64,000 nt of DNA from Penicillus capitatus (Eukaryota > Plantae > Chlorophyta). The position numbers and the translations under genes are program-made. Below the pieces are notes generated by a model. That model saw nothing but the letters and a program-made list of their open reading frames with translations. It ran no database searches and was not told the DNA's origin. Shown here piece by piece: positions 1-11,492 of this stretch (the stretch's first letter is position 1; every line of letters begins with the position of its first letter). The DNA lies in assembly GCA_965649825.1 (NCBI GenBank), contig OZ287694.1:1425197-1489196 (forward strand). The letters are read 5' to 3'.

Positions 1-1917
1 TTGGAAGGCCTGTAATCTCAATCTCTGATCAAAGCAATTCATCGTGTCTGCGCGTCCTCGATCGGCCATCTCATCACTCCTCGAACAAGTTTAAATCTTG
101 TATAAAGATCCAAACATGATTTTTGGAAGAATCTTGACGAAAATGGCGTTTTGTTTACAAAGCCACTCGATCTGGCACGCAAATGTCTCTGTGTATCCAA
201 CCGGACGGCTGTTTGGCGGTATCGGTGCAATCGATGGAATGATTGGCTAAAAACATGGCTTCATAGACGTGCAACGATCTTCAAAGCGTCGATACAAATC
301 GACTTGCAACGTGTCATGTTATACACAACATGCATTTTTTAAAAACAATCTCTTCATCTCAAAGAATTCATTGAATGATTCTTCTTGTCCCGAGAAAAAA
401 CGATGAATCTCCAAAGGCACACTCCCAAGACTTATGGTACAATGTTGGTTTTCGTTTTTTATTGTTTGTGAAGTTAGCTCTTTGACTTTCCTCGATTTTA
501 AGCGCGGAAAATTTCTAGGAAAGATAAACGCACAAACAAATTCTCCCGATCCTCTAATGCACACGCCACTATCGAGAGAACCTCAAAGTTCTTAGTACAT
601 TGTCATTCAATCGAGTCATTTATTCAATTCAACGACGCATCAAACGTTGTTGCCTCTTTTCCTCCAACACCTTCGTTGTGCATTTCCATGAGTTAACGCC
701 ACTCACACAACAAACAATGCATCCAAGGATTGTTGGTTGCCTTTATGTGCTTGATCCACTATGCACATAGATCGATAAACCGTTAGACGGTTAGCGATAC
801 TGAACTTCATCGTTATCGTTGCACCACGACTCTCTTCTTAGTGATAAATCTATTCGAAGGTATTTTGATCTGAACAGAGTCACAATTCCAGAAGCCATGT
901 CTTCAGCGAAAGAGATCTACTGCCACGAGTCATGTCTAGATTCGCTGCAGCACAGGGAATTCTGCAATGTCGTCGAAGACGATCTGATCACTCGTTCGAT
1001 GCAACGTTGCTTTACGACTCGAATATCGTCATCCTTTTAGCTATCAGAGGACGCGTTAAACATGAGCGGCAATGATTGAAGGGACGCGCAGACATTGTCC
1101 GTTGATAGGGTCGAGTCGTTACGGCCGCCGCCGAAGTCGAGGGGTCCATAGCTTGCTTTAGCTTAGCTCCCTTGACTCTTTATTCATTGCGAACTGTGTC
1201 CATCGAGCTCTCGAACTCGACGTCGGACCAACGCGACCTGCTGATATAACGTAAGTCACGACGCGTAGGAACGGAACTCCTGAACGGCCGCATACGGCCG
1301 TTGTCTACTTTGGAAGCCGAAACAGCCGGTCCCTGAAAGACAGGACAGTCGAGCACAGACAAAGCTGTCAACAGAGACAACCAGCCGTAGTAGGTATCGA
1401 CGGTTATCTCGTCTCTACTTAAAGGACCGCGATGACGACCCCTTCTGAGACGATCCGTCCTGCAACCGACTGTGTTCGCAGACGTGTGTCAGCATCCGTC
1501 ACAATCGACAGAGTACGACGCGCGCCGAGGAATATCTGTCGCTTTGATGTGATGGCGACGGGCCCGTCAAGAAGACCGCGATTGACATTTTAACGCAACA
1601 GAAAAGCGACAGATAAAGCAGAACCTGCCGACGACCGCCTCTGCGGACGCATAACCTCCGGCGATTCTGTTTCTACAGAAGAATAGCAGGTGGAGGAGCA
1701 ATTGAGGACAGCTCGACCTGTCACATCAGTTAACGCTCCGAATCCGAAGACACTGCCATCGCCGATCGCCGTTTTTTCACGCCGTAGGCAAACGTGATTT
1801 ATTGTCAACCGTTTGAAAACACGTTTGTTTTCCAGGGCAATTCAAATTCGATTCTACTCTTGAATGATCTGCGACTATCGGAACTGTTACAGTTATTCTG
1901 TTTTGTATGCTGAAGGC

Positions 1918-2945
1918 TCATTCAGTATAGTCCGGCATCTGTCCACTTGGACTGGCATCTTTTCCGAGTCCATACAGAACTCCTGCATGCTGCAGTGCGC
2001 CCTCTATGCCATAGAAAAACGTCTTCGCTAGTTTGACAAACGTCAACGATGTCAACAGACTGTTCGATCCCGCCTACAACAGACACCCAGCCACATAACG
2101 CGCCGTCGAGGCATACGGAATCCCACCTGATGCTGTGGCCCGATGCGCTGGATCTGCAGATCGTCCGCCACTTTGTCCAATCCTCCGCGTAGGTTATCAC
2201 AAAACTTCATCAAATATTTCGTGTCATAGACAGTTGGAAAGTACAGCTAAGAGCATTGGATGCGGCTCGACGGCGAGAGATGCATCGCTGCTACCTTCAA
2301 TCGTTCAAAAAACGTCGTTTCGTCGTTGGGTAGTGGCTGACAAGTGACGATCTTGAGCAGATAGCCAAAATCGTATCCACCTTGGAATGTCACCCACTGC
2401 ACCCTGTCATTCAACACAATCCCGGACATCATCAGCAGCTCTCCAAAACGTTGCACGTCAATGCCATGCGCTTGATTTCGTGCAAAATCAATTCCAGCGT
2501 TCTTGAGCAAGTCTATGCTATCTTGTGCAAAAACGTCGTCACTCAGTTCAAATTCTCTACACCAGGTCACCCATCTCAGTCGTGTGCCCACGGATCGCGA
2601 GGCCTGCCTGAAATTGAATTGCCAGACACTGAGTTCGCCATCGACAACTGGCAGAGCGCCATCAGCATCGGTAAAGGTCAAGCCGAGTTGTATCAGTTTC
2701 AGCAGGTCGACATTGAGCTTGACGGTGAGGTATTGGTATTCTGGCGTGTCGTTGTAACCTCCAATAAGGCAGACGACGACGCCCGGAAATTGTGTGTTCA
2801 CCGCGACGTAAGGGTATTCGTCGACGACGCTCTGTAGGAGCTCCATCTCTTCTTCTAAGTTATGCTCCCAGACTTCACGCACACGGAGACATTCTCCTGA
2901 GGCCGTTTGTGCCGTAACACCGCGAGGAATTGCGTCATGCTCCAT
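1918..2945 (-). CDS. CAF1: CAF1/POP2/CNOT7-family deadenylase subunit, predicted catalytically dead (291 aa, 4 exons: 2945-2608, 2556-2295, 2246-2127, 2073-1918)
   Basis: Spliced translation gives the CAF1 motifs VREVWEHNLEEE, YPYVAVNTQFPGVV, NVDLLKLIQLGLTF, WQFNFREF, SIDLLKNAGIDF, FGELLMMSGIVLN, GYDFGYLLK, LYFPTVYDTKYLMKFC, RIGPQHQAGSNSLLT and VLYGLG. Introns are 51 nt (GC-AG), 48 nt and 53 nt. The GTG-started N-terminal extension in the ORF track is not used. Confidence 0.95.
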
Positions 2946-3060
2946 ATCGCCGTCGCCGTGGATCTCTTGAGAAACGGCGTGCGTCTTCGACGGAAACGAG
3001 GAGAATTGGACGAAATGGTGGGAAAGGAGAAATGAGAGCGTTATAAGGGACAGACGCCAG

Positions 3061-4048
3061 ATGGGCACCGCCACCTTCGTGACGTTTCGCCCTTATCGTC
3101 CTGCACCGGGCAGAGCACGCCGCATCACGACCCGAAGCCTCAGGTGCGCGGCCAGGGACTGGAACACCCCAAGACGGTTCGGTTTAGCGAGGACGATGCG
3201 AATCTGAGGCTCAGGAGTGAAGCCGAAGCGCCGTTTCGCCTTTTTCGGCTGGTATTGTATGGCAGTGCGGTGGTCGGTGGCGGCGTGGGTCTCCTGGTCA
3301 ACGGAACGCAGGTGATCGGTGCCTCGATCGGTCGGCCTGGAGCACTGAGCATGACAGAAGTGGGGAAAAATATCGCCATCGATGTCGCTGCTCTGCTTGT
3401 GTTTGGTTATCTCTCTTGGAACGAATGGAAGGCGAGGGAACGACAAATGCAGCGACTCTCACGCGAACTCCGACTGGGACGTCTCACTGTCCAAACGACA
3501 ACGGAGAAGCTACTCAGACTTTATGACTTGAGAGGCGCTGCCCGCGTGGTAAGTCACTCTTTGCTGAGTGAAGTGTGATGGCAAGAAGTGTGAGATGATG
3601 TGACAGGTCATCGTAGCGGGAACGCCAGAACAGATCACACGAGCAATGGAAGAGGCGGGGCAATTTCGCACGAAGCTCAGCGAGGCGGGCGTCTACATCA
3701 TACAGGCACCCATCTTCGGTAACGCCTCCAATGACACCTCTCAGCGACTCGCATCGTGTGCGGGGATTAGGTGATGCATCCGCGAAAGAGGAAGTGGTGG
3801 ATGCCGAGGGGGATAAGCGATGGACAGGACAGGCCGTTCGGCTGGACGAGTGGAGAGAGTGGTTTCAGGATCAGATACGCGATTCGCAGGTGACATCTGA
3901 CGACGGGCTGTACGTGGGATTGCGTATGGATGGCCGTGTCCGTGCCAGTGGTCGAGGAATGCCACCGTGGTTCAGAATTGCTAATGAGCTTCCGCCGCTC
4001 GAGGGGATATGGAAAGGATTTGGCGATGGATTCGATGGACCTGTATAA
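3061..4048 (+). CDS. DUF3493 / LPA1-like thylakoid protein (PSII assembly family) with transit-peptide-like N-terminus, no TPR seen (277 aa; exons 3061-3143, 3188-3548, 3607-3718, 3771-4048)
   Basis: RLRSEAEAPFR followed by two hydrophobic helices, then RLSRELRLGRL, VIVAG and a C-terminal GLRMDGRVRASGRGMPPW...LPPLEGIWKGFGDGFDGPV*. Three GT-AG introns (44, 58, 52 nt) keep the frame. Confidence 0.88.
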
Positions 4049-4090
4049 TGGACGGACACGTATCGTCGCAACCGTCACATCACTCTTCTT

Positions 4091-7087
4091 TTACACGATG
4101 CTCCCGTTAACGAAATTCTTGCCGTTGCCCACGGACGTCTCCTGCAGATCCCCGACGAAATCGGAGGCTGCGACCGGCGCTTCCATCTTGGCTCTGGCCG
4201 AGAATCCCTCTTTGCGCCTCTCCTCTTCGGGATCGGAGTAGGTGCCGTCGGCGAGGTTGTACATCAAGGTGTATTCACCTGTGTCCAGCGATGATAGAAG
4301 GAAAACGAAAGGAGTACCTAACCCACGCGTCCCGCCACTTTGTTTCGCATTTTGCGGACGATGATACGAACGCGTCGCTGTTCCTCCTCACTCATGACCT
4401 CGGCCTCTCCCTGATCTCGAGACGTGTCGTGAAAATTCTGCCAGTTTCTACAAAAGGCACGCCGCAGTAAGCGGCCCACCCACCGGCTGAGTAGCAGATA
4501 CCGATGAATCACGATTCCGCCATCGGCCTTGTTAATGAAGTGCGCGCTCCCAGAAATATCGTAGAGATTCGGCGGCGCCCCTCGCCTAATGCCTTCTCCT
4601 TGCACAAGCGTCAGCAAGGGAGGTAAGTATCACCAGTCGTGAAGTTGACGTGGATGGGCGACGAGCCAGACGTGCACCTGGTATGTTCGTGCAAAGTTCT
4701 TAATCTTCGTCAGCATGGCACTGACGAACTCTGTCTCCGACACCGTCTTCGATCGTCCGTGATCCAGTTCGTTGTAAGGATCAATCACCAGTCCCCGAAT
4801 CCCGTACCTGTTTGCACGAGCTGCGATCGAAACGAGGCCGTTCAGTGGAGACGCGACCTCATGACAGCCACACGAGCGATCTCGAGAACCCAGTCGACTG
4901 TGGGAAGCTGGCCCGTGAAGTCTCGTATGATAGAGAACTGTTGGCTGACCCAACACAATCCATCTCGAGCCTCATTGGCGTTCATTCGCGGAACCCCCCT
5001 CGGGTCACACCATCATACGATTAACCGTCGACACGAATCGGATACTTGGCGTAGTGGACGTTGGAGTAGAACGGCTTCCTGACGTGCTTCTCCATCAGCT
5101 GCCGAGCATGATCTGCAATCTGAAAAGGCGCTGTCGATTAGTGGTCGAGAACTGCGCAGGTGCAGGGACCTGTTTCTCCATAGAGGCGAGAGAGAAACGC
5201 CATCCGTGCAGCTCGGCGAGTTGAACCGTCAGCGCATCCAGCCACTCCGATTTTCCGGAATTTGGCACGCCAGACACCACCGTCAGTTCTCCGGGAACAA
5301 TTCGGTAATACCTGAACGCGAAGAGCACGGACTCAGCGATGCCTTTCCGAATCCGCTTACGCATCCAGGCCTGGCCATCCGGTGGAGAAGCCAGAAGGAC
5401 ATATGGTCTCCATGACGTAGTGACGCTCGATCTCGTCCAGAAAATCCATAAAACTGCAACACTCAGTTATCTTTGTGTCATATGGTCGTGACGGAGTTGG
5501 TCCACTTGTGGAGACCGTGGACGGGATAGGCCTGTGCACTCTCCACATACCATCGCAGCGCCTCCGCCGAATCGCGTTGCAGAACTTCGTTCGCATCCTT
5601 CCGATGCCATCGAGCATCATCTCGCTTCTCTTCTTCGGCAATATCGTCGTCCGTTTGGCCGTCGTGTGGACGAATCGTCGATTCAAAATTCGTTGGCCAA
5701 TTCACTTTCCAGCACTTCCATGCTCCAAATCTCCTAGCTAGTTCCTCAGAGAGGGCCAAACCGGGCGCATCGTTGTCCGTGGCCAAAATGAACTTCTCCG
5801 CATCTTTGAAACTGGAAAACGATTCTTCGAAGTAACTAAACAAGCCAATGTGTGGCTCAAATGCGCAGGACTGGCATCGGGTCGTGCGCTCCACCTGAAA
5901 TTCTTGTCGTCTGGATTGATCGGACCTTTCTTCACTTTCCCAGGCGCGCCATTGGGAACGGACACCACGTTCGTGAATCCTGCCATCTCGAGTGCCAGTT
6001 TGTCCATTTCGCCTACGCACGTCTCACACAACAATATCACTCTTTCTCCCCGTTATCACCTTCGACGACGATGATCTCCTTCTTCTCCTTGATATCATCC
6101 AATCCATAGAAAACTTTGAGGCCTCCCGACGCCTGGGGACAGGAGACTCTTTGGTGAGAGGAGTGAGATCGCTGGGTGTCGGACTTGATGAAAATCTTTC
6201 CGTCGGACGTTTCTGTACTTGACGTTGACGATCTCTCCGTTCACTGTGTAGGGAAAGGCAATGCATTTGTTTCCCTGTCCCCTCATCTCCATCATGATCC
6301 CATTCCGCTCGAGCACTTCTTCAGAAATACCCCTAAGCCAGAGCACAACCATCACCGTCTGTGGCATCTCCCTTGCTCCGGATACCTCTTCTCGAAGAAC
6401 TGAAGACACTCTTCGTCCAGGGGCTGAAAATTTGTTCGAGGTTTCTTCGTGGCGGCGTTTTGGTGGACGACTGATTTGAGACCTAACTCCTCCGACAGCG
6501 AAGAAACCACGCGACCCGACCATTGGCATTTCGCTCGAAAACAGTTGTACAGTGCGTGCTACAGCATATCGGTTCTGCTCCTTTGTCCCTTGACAAACCA
6601 TCTGACCTTTCCGCTTTCCTCGATGGACACACTGAGACTGATCTCTTCTGTGCTTCCTCCATCACACATTGGACAGAGAATCCGGTAATTCCCCGGTTCA
6701 TAACTGAAAACAACCGATCTCGTCACTCTGCAGCGGGAAATGTGCAGACCTTGGCAGTTCAATGCCGAGATCCTGCAGCTCCTCCTTCAGAATCTCCTGC
6801 CAGTCTTCCAGATCCTCATCCTTCTGCCTAACCCATTCGCGACGGGGCATCTCGTCTCTTGGACGGTCCATGCGCATCACGGCGCCGTTATTGGTGCTCT
6901 CTCTAGGAGGGACACGCGCCTGCCCGATAGGAGGCTGTCCGAAATGCATCCCCTTTCTTTCCGGCTCCGCCCGAAAACGAAATCGAAGCGGCTTCTGTGC
7001 GCGCCACGGAGGCGACCACGTCCAGAGCAAGGCCGCCGTCGAGATCCGCATGGTATGAGACCACATGTGTCGTGCAATGTGCGTCAT
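4091..7087 (-). CDS. TWINKLE: Twinkle organellar primase-helicase (plant/algal type), multi-exon; start codon approximate
   Basis: Zn finger ILCPMCDGGSTEEISLSV; IAFPY..NGEIVNVKYR; TOPRIM GEMDKLALEMAG and ILATDND; KDANEVL; GFSTGWPGLD; Walker A VVSGVPNSGKSEWLDAL; GLVIDPYNELDH; VWLVAHPRQL; LYDISGSAHFINKADGGIVIHR; VRKMRNKVAGRVG. The last exon ends in TAA at 4091-4093. Confidence 0.93.
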
Positions 7088-7190
7088 CACCGTCCTTCGC
7101 GAATTCGCTTCGTGAAAAGACGTTCGAGATAGAAGACTCGGTGACGACACCTCCTACGATACGCAGAAGACGCCTTCCGTCACTGGCGTC

Positions 7191-7287
7191 TTCAAAGGCA
7201 AAAGAGTAATGTTCGACTGCGGGATCCATCCGGGACACGAAGGACTTCCCTCGCTGCCTCTGTTCGATCGCGTCGAGATGGCTTCAG
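7191..7287 (+). pseudogene. CPSF3: CPSF73/CPSF3 (metallo-beta-lactamase 3'-processing endonuclease) exon fragment, copy 1
   Basis: Reads FKGKRVMFDCGIHPGHEGLPSLPLFDRVEMAS followed by a GT donor. No upstream TPLGAG exon and no downstream HFHLDH exon are present. Confidence 0.75.
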
Positions 7288-7724
7288 GTTCATAGCTATA
7301 CAGCGAAGACGTTTGGGCTCTCTTATTAAGGGATGAGTTTTTTCACTCTACGACTCTGACACAGTTTCCCGAGTTACCACTGCTGGATGGGATGTCTTTG
7401 ATTGACTCAAGAGCGAAAGTCATTTCTGTTGCGGGGTTCTGGTTTCGCTCTCTGGGCAACGGATGAGAAGAAGCTTCAACTGCACAGAGCGATTTCAGTT
7501 ACATCAAGAGATGCGTCTTGGAACACTTGGTAATGGTTCTCATGCGTGTCTTAAAGTAATGATGATGAATAAATGCATGCATGCAGGCCGTCACGTCGTC
7601 TGGCTGTGGTCATCGAGGGGCCCGTTTGTCATCTTTGTGTTTGACGCCGTATTTCTCTGATAACGTCGCAAACGAGGAGCAAAATGTCTTCAACCGGTCA
7701 AGAGACCGCCGCGGTAATGAAAAC

Positions 7725-10258
7725 ATGTTGCCTATCGATGACGACGATTTCTCGCAGGCGTCTTCATCTCAGCTTCAGCAAGATGATGCTGCACCATGTC
7801 AAAAGCCGGCGTCGTCTACGGAAATCGAAGAAGAGGAACAACCGGAAGAAGAGACGGCGACTGGTGAGTAGAGAAGGCTCTTCGTTCGCCAATTCTCCCT
7901 CAACCGCAGGTGATGGCGACACCGAATCCGGCAGAACGGAAAGATGGTTTCTTGAGCCTCCGTCAGAGTGGACACTAGAGTGCACCATTCAGTAAACACC
8001 CTTTCGTCTTCTGTCTCTTTGCTTAACCGTCGCGTGTGCTGGGCAGACTCATTTCTGACCATGGACCTCGCATTGTCCATGCTGTTGTCGATGCACAAGG
8101 AACGCCATTTTTCTGGAATGCCGTAGAACGAGACCGAACTGATTGTGCAAACATGCTCTTGGATTACGCGAAGAGCAAAGGGTTACCTGTGACATTCAAG
8201 TGCGAAGGTGGCGATCTCTTGTCCCGGGCCATTGACAACGAATCTGAAGCTCACTTCGAATTCGTTCTGGACAAACTCGCAGGAAAGTACACGACAGTGC
8301 TAGAGACAATCGAGCTTTTACGTACACATCTGCTACGTTTCTCTATTCAATTCCGGAGGATAACACACAATTTCTTCAAAGAAGACAGATTCACAATGGA
8401 GTATGCTAGGTTTGACGCGCCAAAGGCTCTGTTCGGCAGAAAAGGAGAGGCCCCAGTTGGGATGTCTACTGATCGTTGTCCAAAACACTGGGCTATGGAC
8501 AGTCAGGGAGCAAAGGATTTCTGGATCCAGAATAGTAACTATGGCGAGAGGTTGTCGGACACTGCGGGTCGGCATGTCAGAGTTGTGGCAAGATTCTCAT
8601 GCATTCATCCTTGGGATTTTCACTACGTCTGCATCAAAAGGTATATCTATAGCAGTGTTTGACTGAATTGAGTGCTTTACCACAGTCGTCGACATCCTGG
8701 AGTGATAAGCGTTCATCTTTTTGCTGCAACACAACTTAGAGGGCTTTTCAAATCATCGGTGTTCAGAGTCTTCGTCGATTGGATGCATAGGAGCTTCCGC
8801 AGCTTCTTCTTGAAGAACGTCCTGCTGGATGCCGTGGTCGCTGCAGTCTTTACAAGCTTCATCATCATAAACAGACGTCATCAAGATGACGTTGCGCCAG
8901 TCAATCGTGCAATTGTGTTATTGCTTAAAACAGGGTCGTTTATTGCGAATCTGTTTGGAGTCTTCAGGTCTGCGTCGATGCTGAGGTGTGGTGCACCAAT
9001 GATCTGTATCATCTGTCCCTTTGGTGTTTGTACACAGGATCACTATGTTAATCATCCAGGTCACACTCCTCACACACACGTGCATTACTGACCATATTAC
9101 GACCTTCTCTGCTTTCACATCATCAGTTGGATGCATCCTCTGTTGGGTCGTGGTAATATTTATCTTAAGCTCTTTCTCGAACTCTCTGCAGTAACGCGAT
9201 GCCTTTTGTGGTTTAGTTCTTTCGAACACTCCGACCATTCGGTCGTCTTGGGTCCTTCGTTTCGATGGTGGGCTATGCACTGAAGGACACACTATCATTC
9301 GCAATGATGGGCTTTTTATTGGTGCTTGGATACTCCGCTGCATTCATGGTTCTCTTCGACGATGGTCTTGCCGATGACGACGGCGACAATTTCCGTACCC
9401 TTCCACGTGCGCTAGAGACGCTATTCCACACTGGCCTTGGAAACTTTGAAACTGACGTAAGTTCTTCCAAAGCAGAACTCCTCTGTCATCATCCAGTGGA
9501 GTTTTCCGATGCAGATGCTTCGCCCTGCTAGTGACTTTCTCACAGTCTGGAGGGCACTGATGTATAATTCCTTTATCTACGTCGGACCGATTGTGCTCAT
9601 GAGTTTGCTGATTTCTATCTTGACCGATACCCATGACAGAGTTCGGTCAAAAGAAAAAACAGAGCAGACAATGCATCAACTCCAAGCGGCATTTGATTGT
9701 TCCGTGCTCGGTAGGTTTGTTGATTGGTAAAATCACTCAAACTAAAAGAGAAAGCACAGCTTTATGAATATGTTTTAATTTATAGGTTCTATGAGTCTAA
9801 ACCGTTCGGTACGTTCTGCAGTGCATGGATATATAACACTCTATTGCGAGCGACACATGACATGTTAAAAGAAATTCGAGCGGTCAATGGTGCCATTTTC
9901 CATTATTTGGTTCCTGAAGACACCGAAGAAGAATCTTCCGATGAAGAGTGGTCTGGCAGACTCATCGCACTCGAAAGAATTATCAAGTCTGAAGCATTGA
10001 AGCACAAGAAAGCTCTTGGAGGTTAGCTTATTCCTCAAAGCAATGGTCTGTCAACCGACGGCGTGTCGTTGTTCAGAGATTAACCAGAAAACAACGGATG
10101 AGTTTCTTACACTGTTCGACAGAATGAAAAACATGGAAGCGACCGCGGGCGAGATGTCGACCAGATTGAGGAATGTGGAAGAGAGCATAGAAGAGATAAA
10201 ATCGCTGCTGATCAGAAGTTCAAACGATTCACCAAAACCTGAGCCGAGTTCACTCTAA
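7725..10258 (+). CDS. TRP-like cation channel, subtype A (degenerate ankyrin-like repeats, 6 TM, C-terminal coiled coil; 9 exons)
   Basis: GTPFFWNAVER..CANMLLDYAK and GGDLLSRAIDN..FVLDKL (ankyrin-like); S4-S5 linker RPFGRLGSFVSMVGYALKDTLSF; pore ALETLFHTGLGNFETD; S6 GPIVLMSLLISILTDTHDRV. The family ATG at 7684 is out of frame by 1 nt; the in-frame ATG is at 7725. Confidence 0.82.
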
Positions 10259-10737
10259 AAAGGATTGCCTGGAGTCTGCACTATTCTGTCTTGTTACAAG
10301 GTCTCGTTCTTCGCTTTCTGTTTTTCTTCACCAAGCAGCCGTGTTTGAGGGGAAATTGCTTCTAACATGTCTGATGGCATTTTCGCATCATGCGTGCTAC
10401 GCCGTGCTGAAAATGACATGGGAGGCACTTTCTGCTGCGTTTTTGTTATAGCCATTAACTTCATTGTTCCTGAATTTATCATTATGAAAAGATCCAACAC
10501 ACAAATGTCCGTCGACATTACCTGGGGATGAGACAAATGGACAACGCTCATATGTCAATGGCAATCTGCACGAATGTTGTCTGAAGGGTGCGTGTTCGTC
10601 GTCTCGTCGCCGTCGTTGTTGGTACGTTCGGTGTTCATCTCAGCTGCTTACGTTTATAACACTGTGACCTGAAGAGGTCGCACTCTGTGAATGAGAAAGG
10701 TCACGATGGAGTGATACTGTTGACGAAGCGATGCCCA

Positions 10738-10946
10738 GAAGACATCGTCCGCGTCACTCCTCTCGGAGCGGACATGAAATCGACCGCTCGTGCATCCTCC
10801 TTCCTACCTGTTACGCGCGCCGCAGAAGACACCTTCCGTCACTGGCGTCTTCAAAGATAAGAGAGTGATGTTCGACTACGGGATCCATCCGGGACACGAA
10901 GGACTCACCTCGCTGCCTCTGTTCGACCACGTCGAGACGGCTCCAG
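10738..10946 (+). pseudogene. CPSF3: CPSF73/CPSF3 5' fragment, copy 2 (frameshifted, degenerate)
   Basis: EDIVRVTPLGA / frameshift / GHEIDRSCILL, a gap, then FKDKRVMFDYGIHPGHEGLTSLPLFDHVETAP. Matches the known CPSF73 N-terminus TPLGAGxEVGRSC...FDCGIHP, with lesions. Confidence 0.78.
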
Positions 10947-11142
10947 GTTCATAGCTATAGAGTGAAGATGTCTGGGTTCTTTCATTAGCAGTTAGTGCGT
11001 TTCGCTCCATAACTCTACGACAGTTTCCCAAGTTACCACAGCTGGATGTGATGTCTTCTATTGGCTAAAAAGTAAAAGTGATTTCTGTTGTGGGGTTCTG
11101 TTTTCGCTCTCTGGGCAACGGATGAGAAGAAGCTTCAACTGC

Positions 11143-11289
11143 TGTTGGCAGTCGGCGCGCCCTGGAGGCGGTCGACGGGTACCCAGCGCCGTTCTGCGCG
11201 TAGATACGAGACGCGCAAGACCAGAACTAGTTAATTATTAGTCATTGCCCTGTTCACAAATCTATACTTATCCGCAGATGCCGTCCACA
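11143..11289. mobile_element. 147-bp solo-LTR-like insertion upstream of TRP-B
   Basis: Termini TGTTGG...TCCACA flanked by a 5-bp direct repeat ACTGC (11138-11142 and 11290-11294). The paralogous site upstream of TRP-A (about 7472-7490, agcttcaactgcacagagc) is empty and has a single ACTGC. Confidence 0.72.
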
Positions 11290-11492
11290 ACTGCACAGAG
11301 CGGTATCATTTATACTAAGAGATGCTTCCTGGAACACTTGGTAATGGTTCATGCGTGCTCATAAACTAATGATGATGAATAAATGCATGCATGAAAGTCG
11401 CGTCGTCCGGCTGGAGTCATCGACGAAACCCGTTTGACATCTTAGTATTCGACGCCGCATTACTTCTTTGATATCGCGCAAAAGAAAACAAA

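Noticed and set aside
1-1900. Short ORFs and an AT-richer stretch at the window start
   Set aside because: No recognisable domain, termini or repeat structure. It may be UTR or TE debris, but no call can be supported.
2062-2798. A-to-I editing restoring the CAF1 active site
   Set aside because: AAC could be edited to GAC, but CAA cannot become GAA by A-to-I or C-to-U editing.
2946-3074. Signal-peptide-like N-terminal extension of CAF1 in the ORF track
   Set aside because: It starts at GTG, spans the intergenic region and overlaps the LPA1-like ATG. The ATG at 2945 gives a normal-length CAF1.
4091-7087. Phage or bacterial primase-helicase (prophage or recent HGT)
   Set aside because: The gene is intron-rich, has an N-terminal targeting-like extension and carries plant-type Twinkle motifs, so it is an ordinary nuclear gene.
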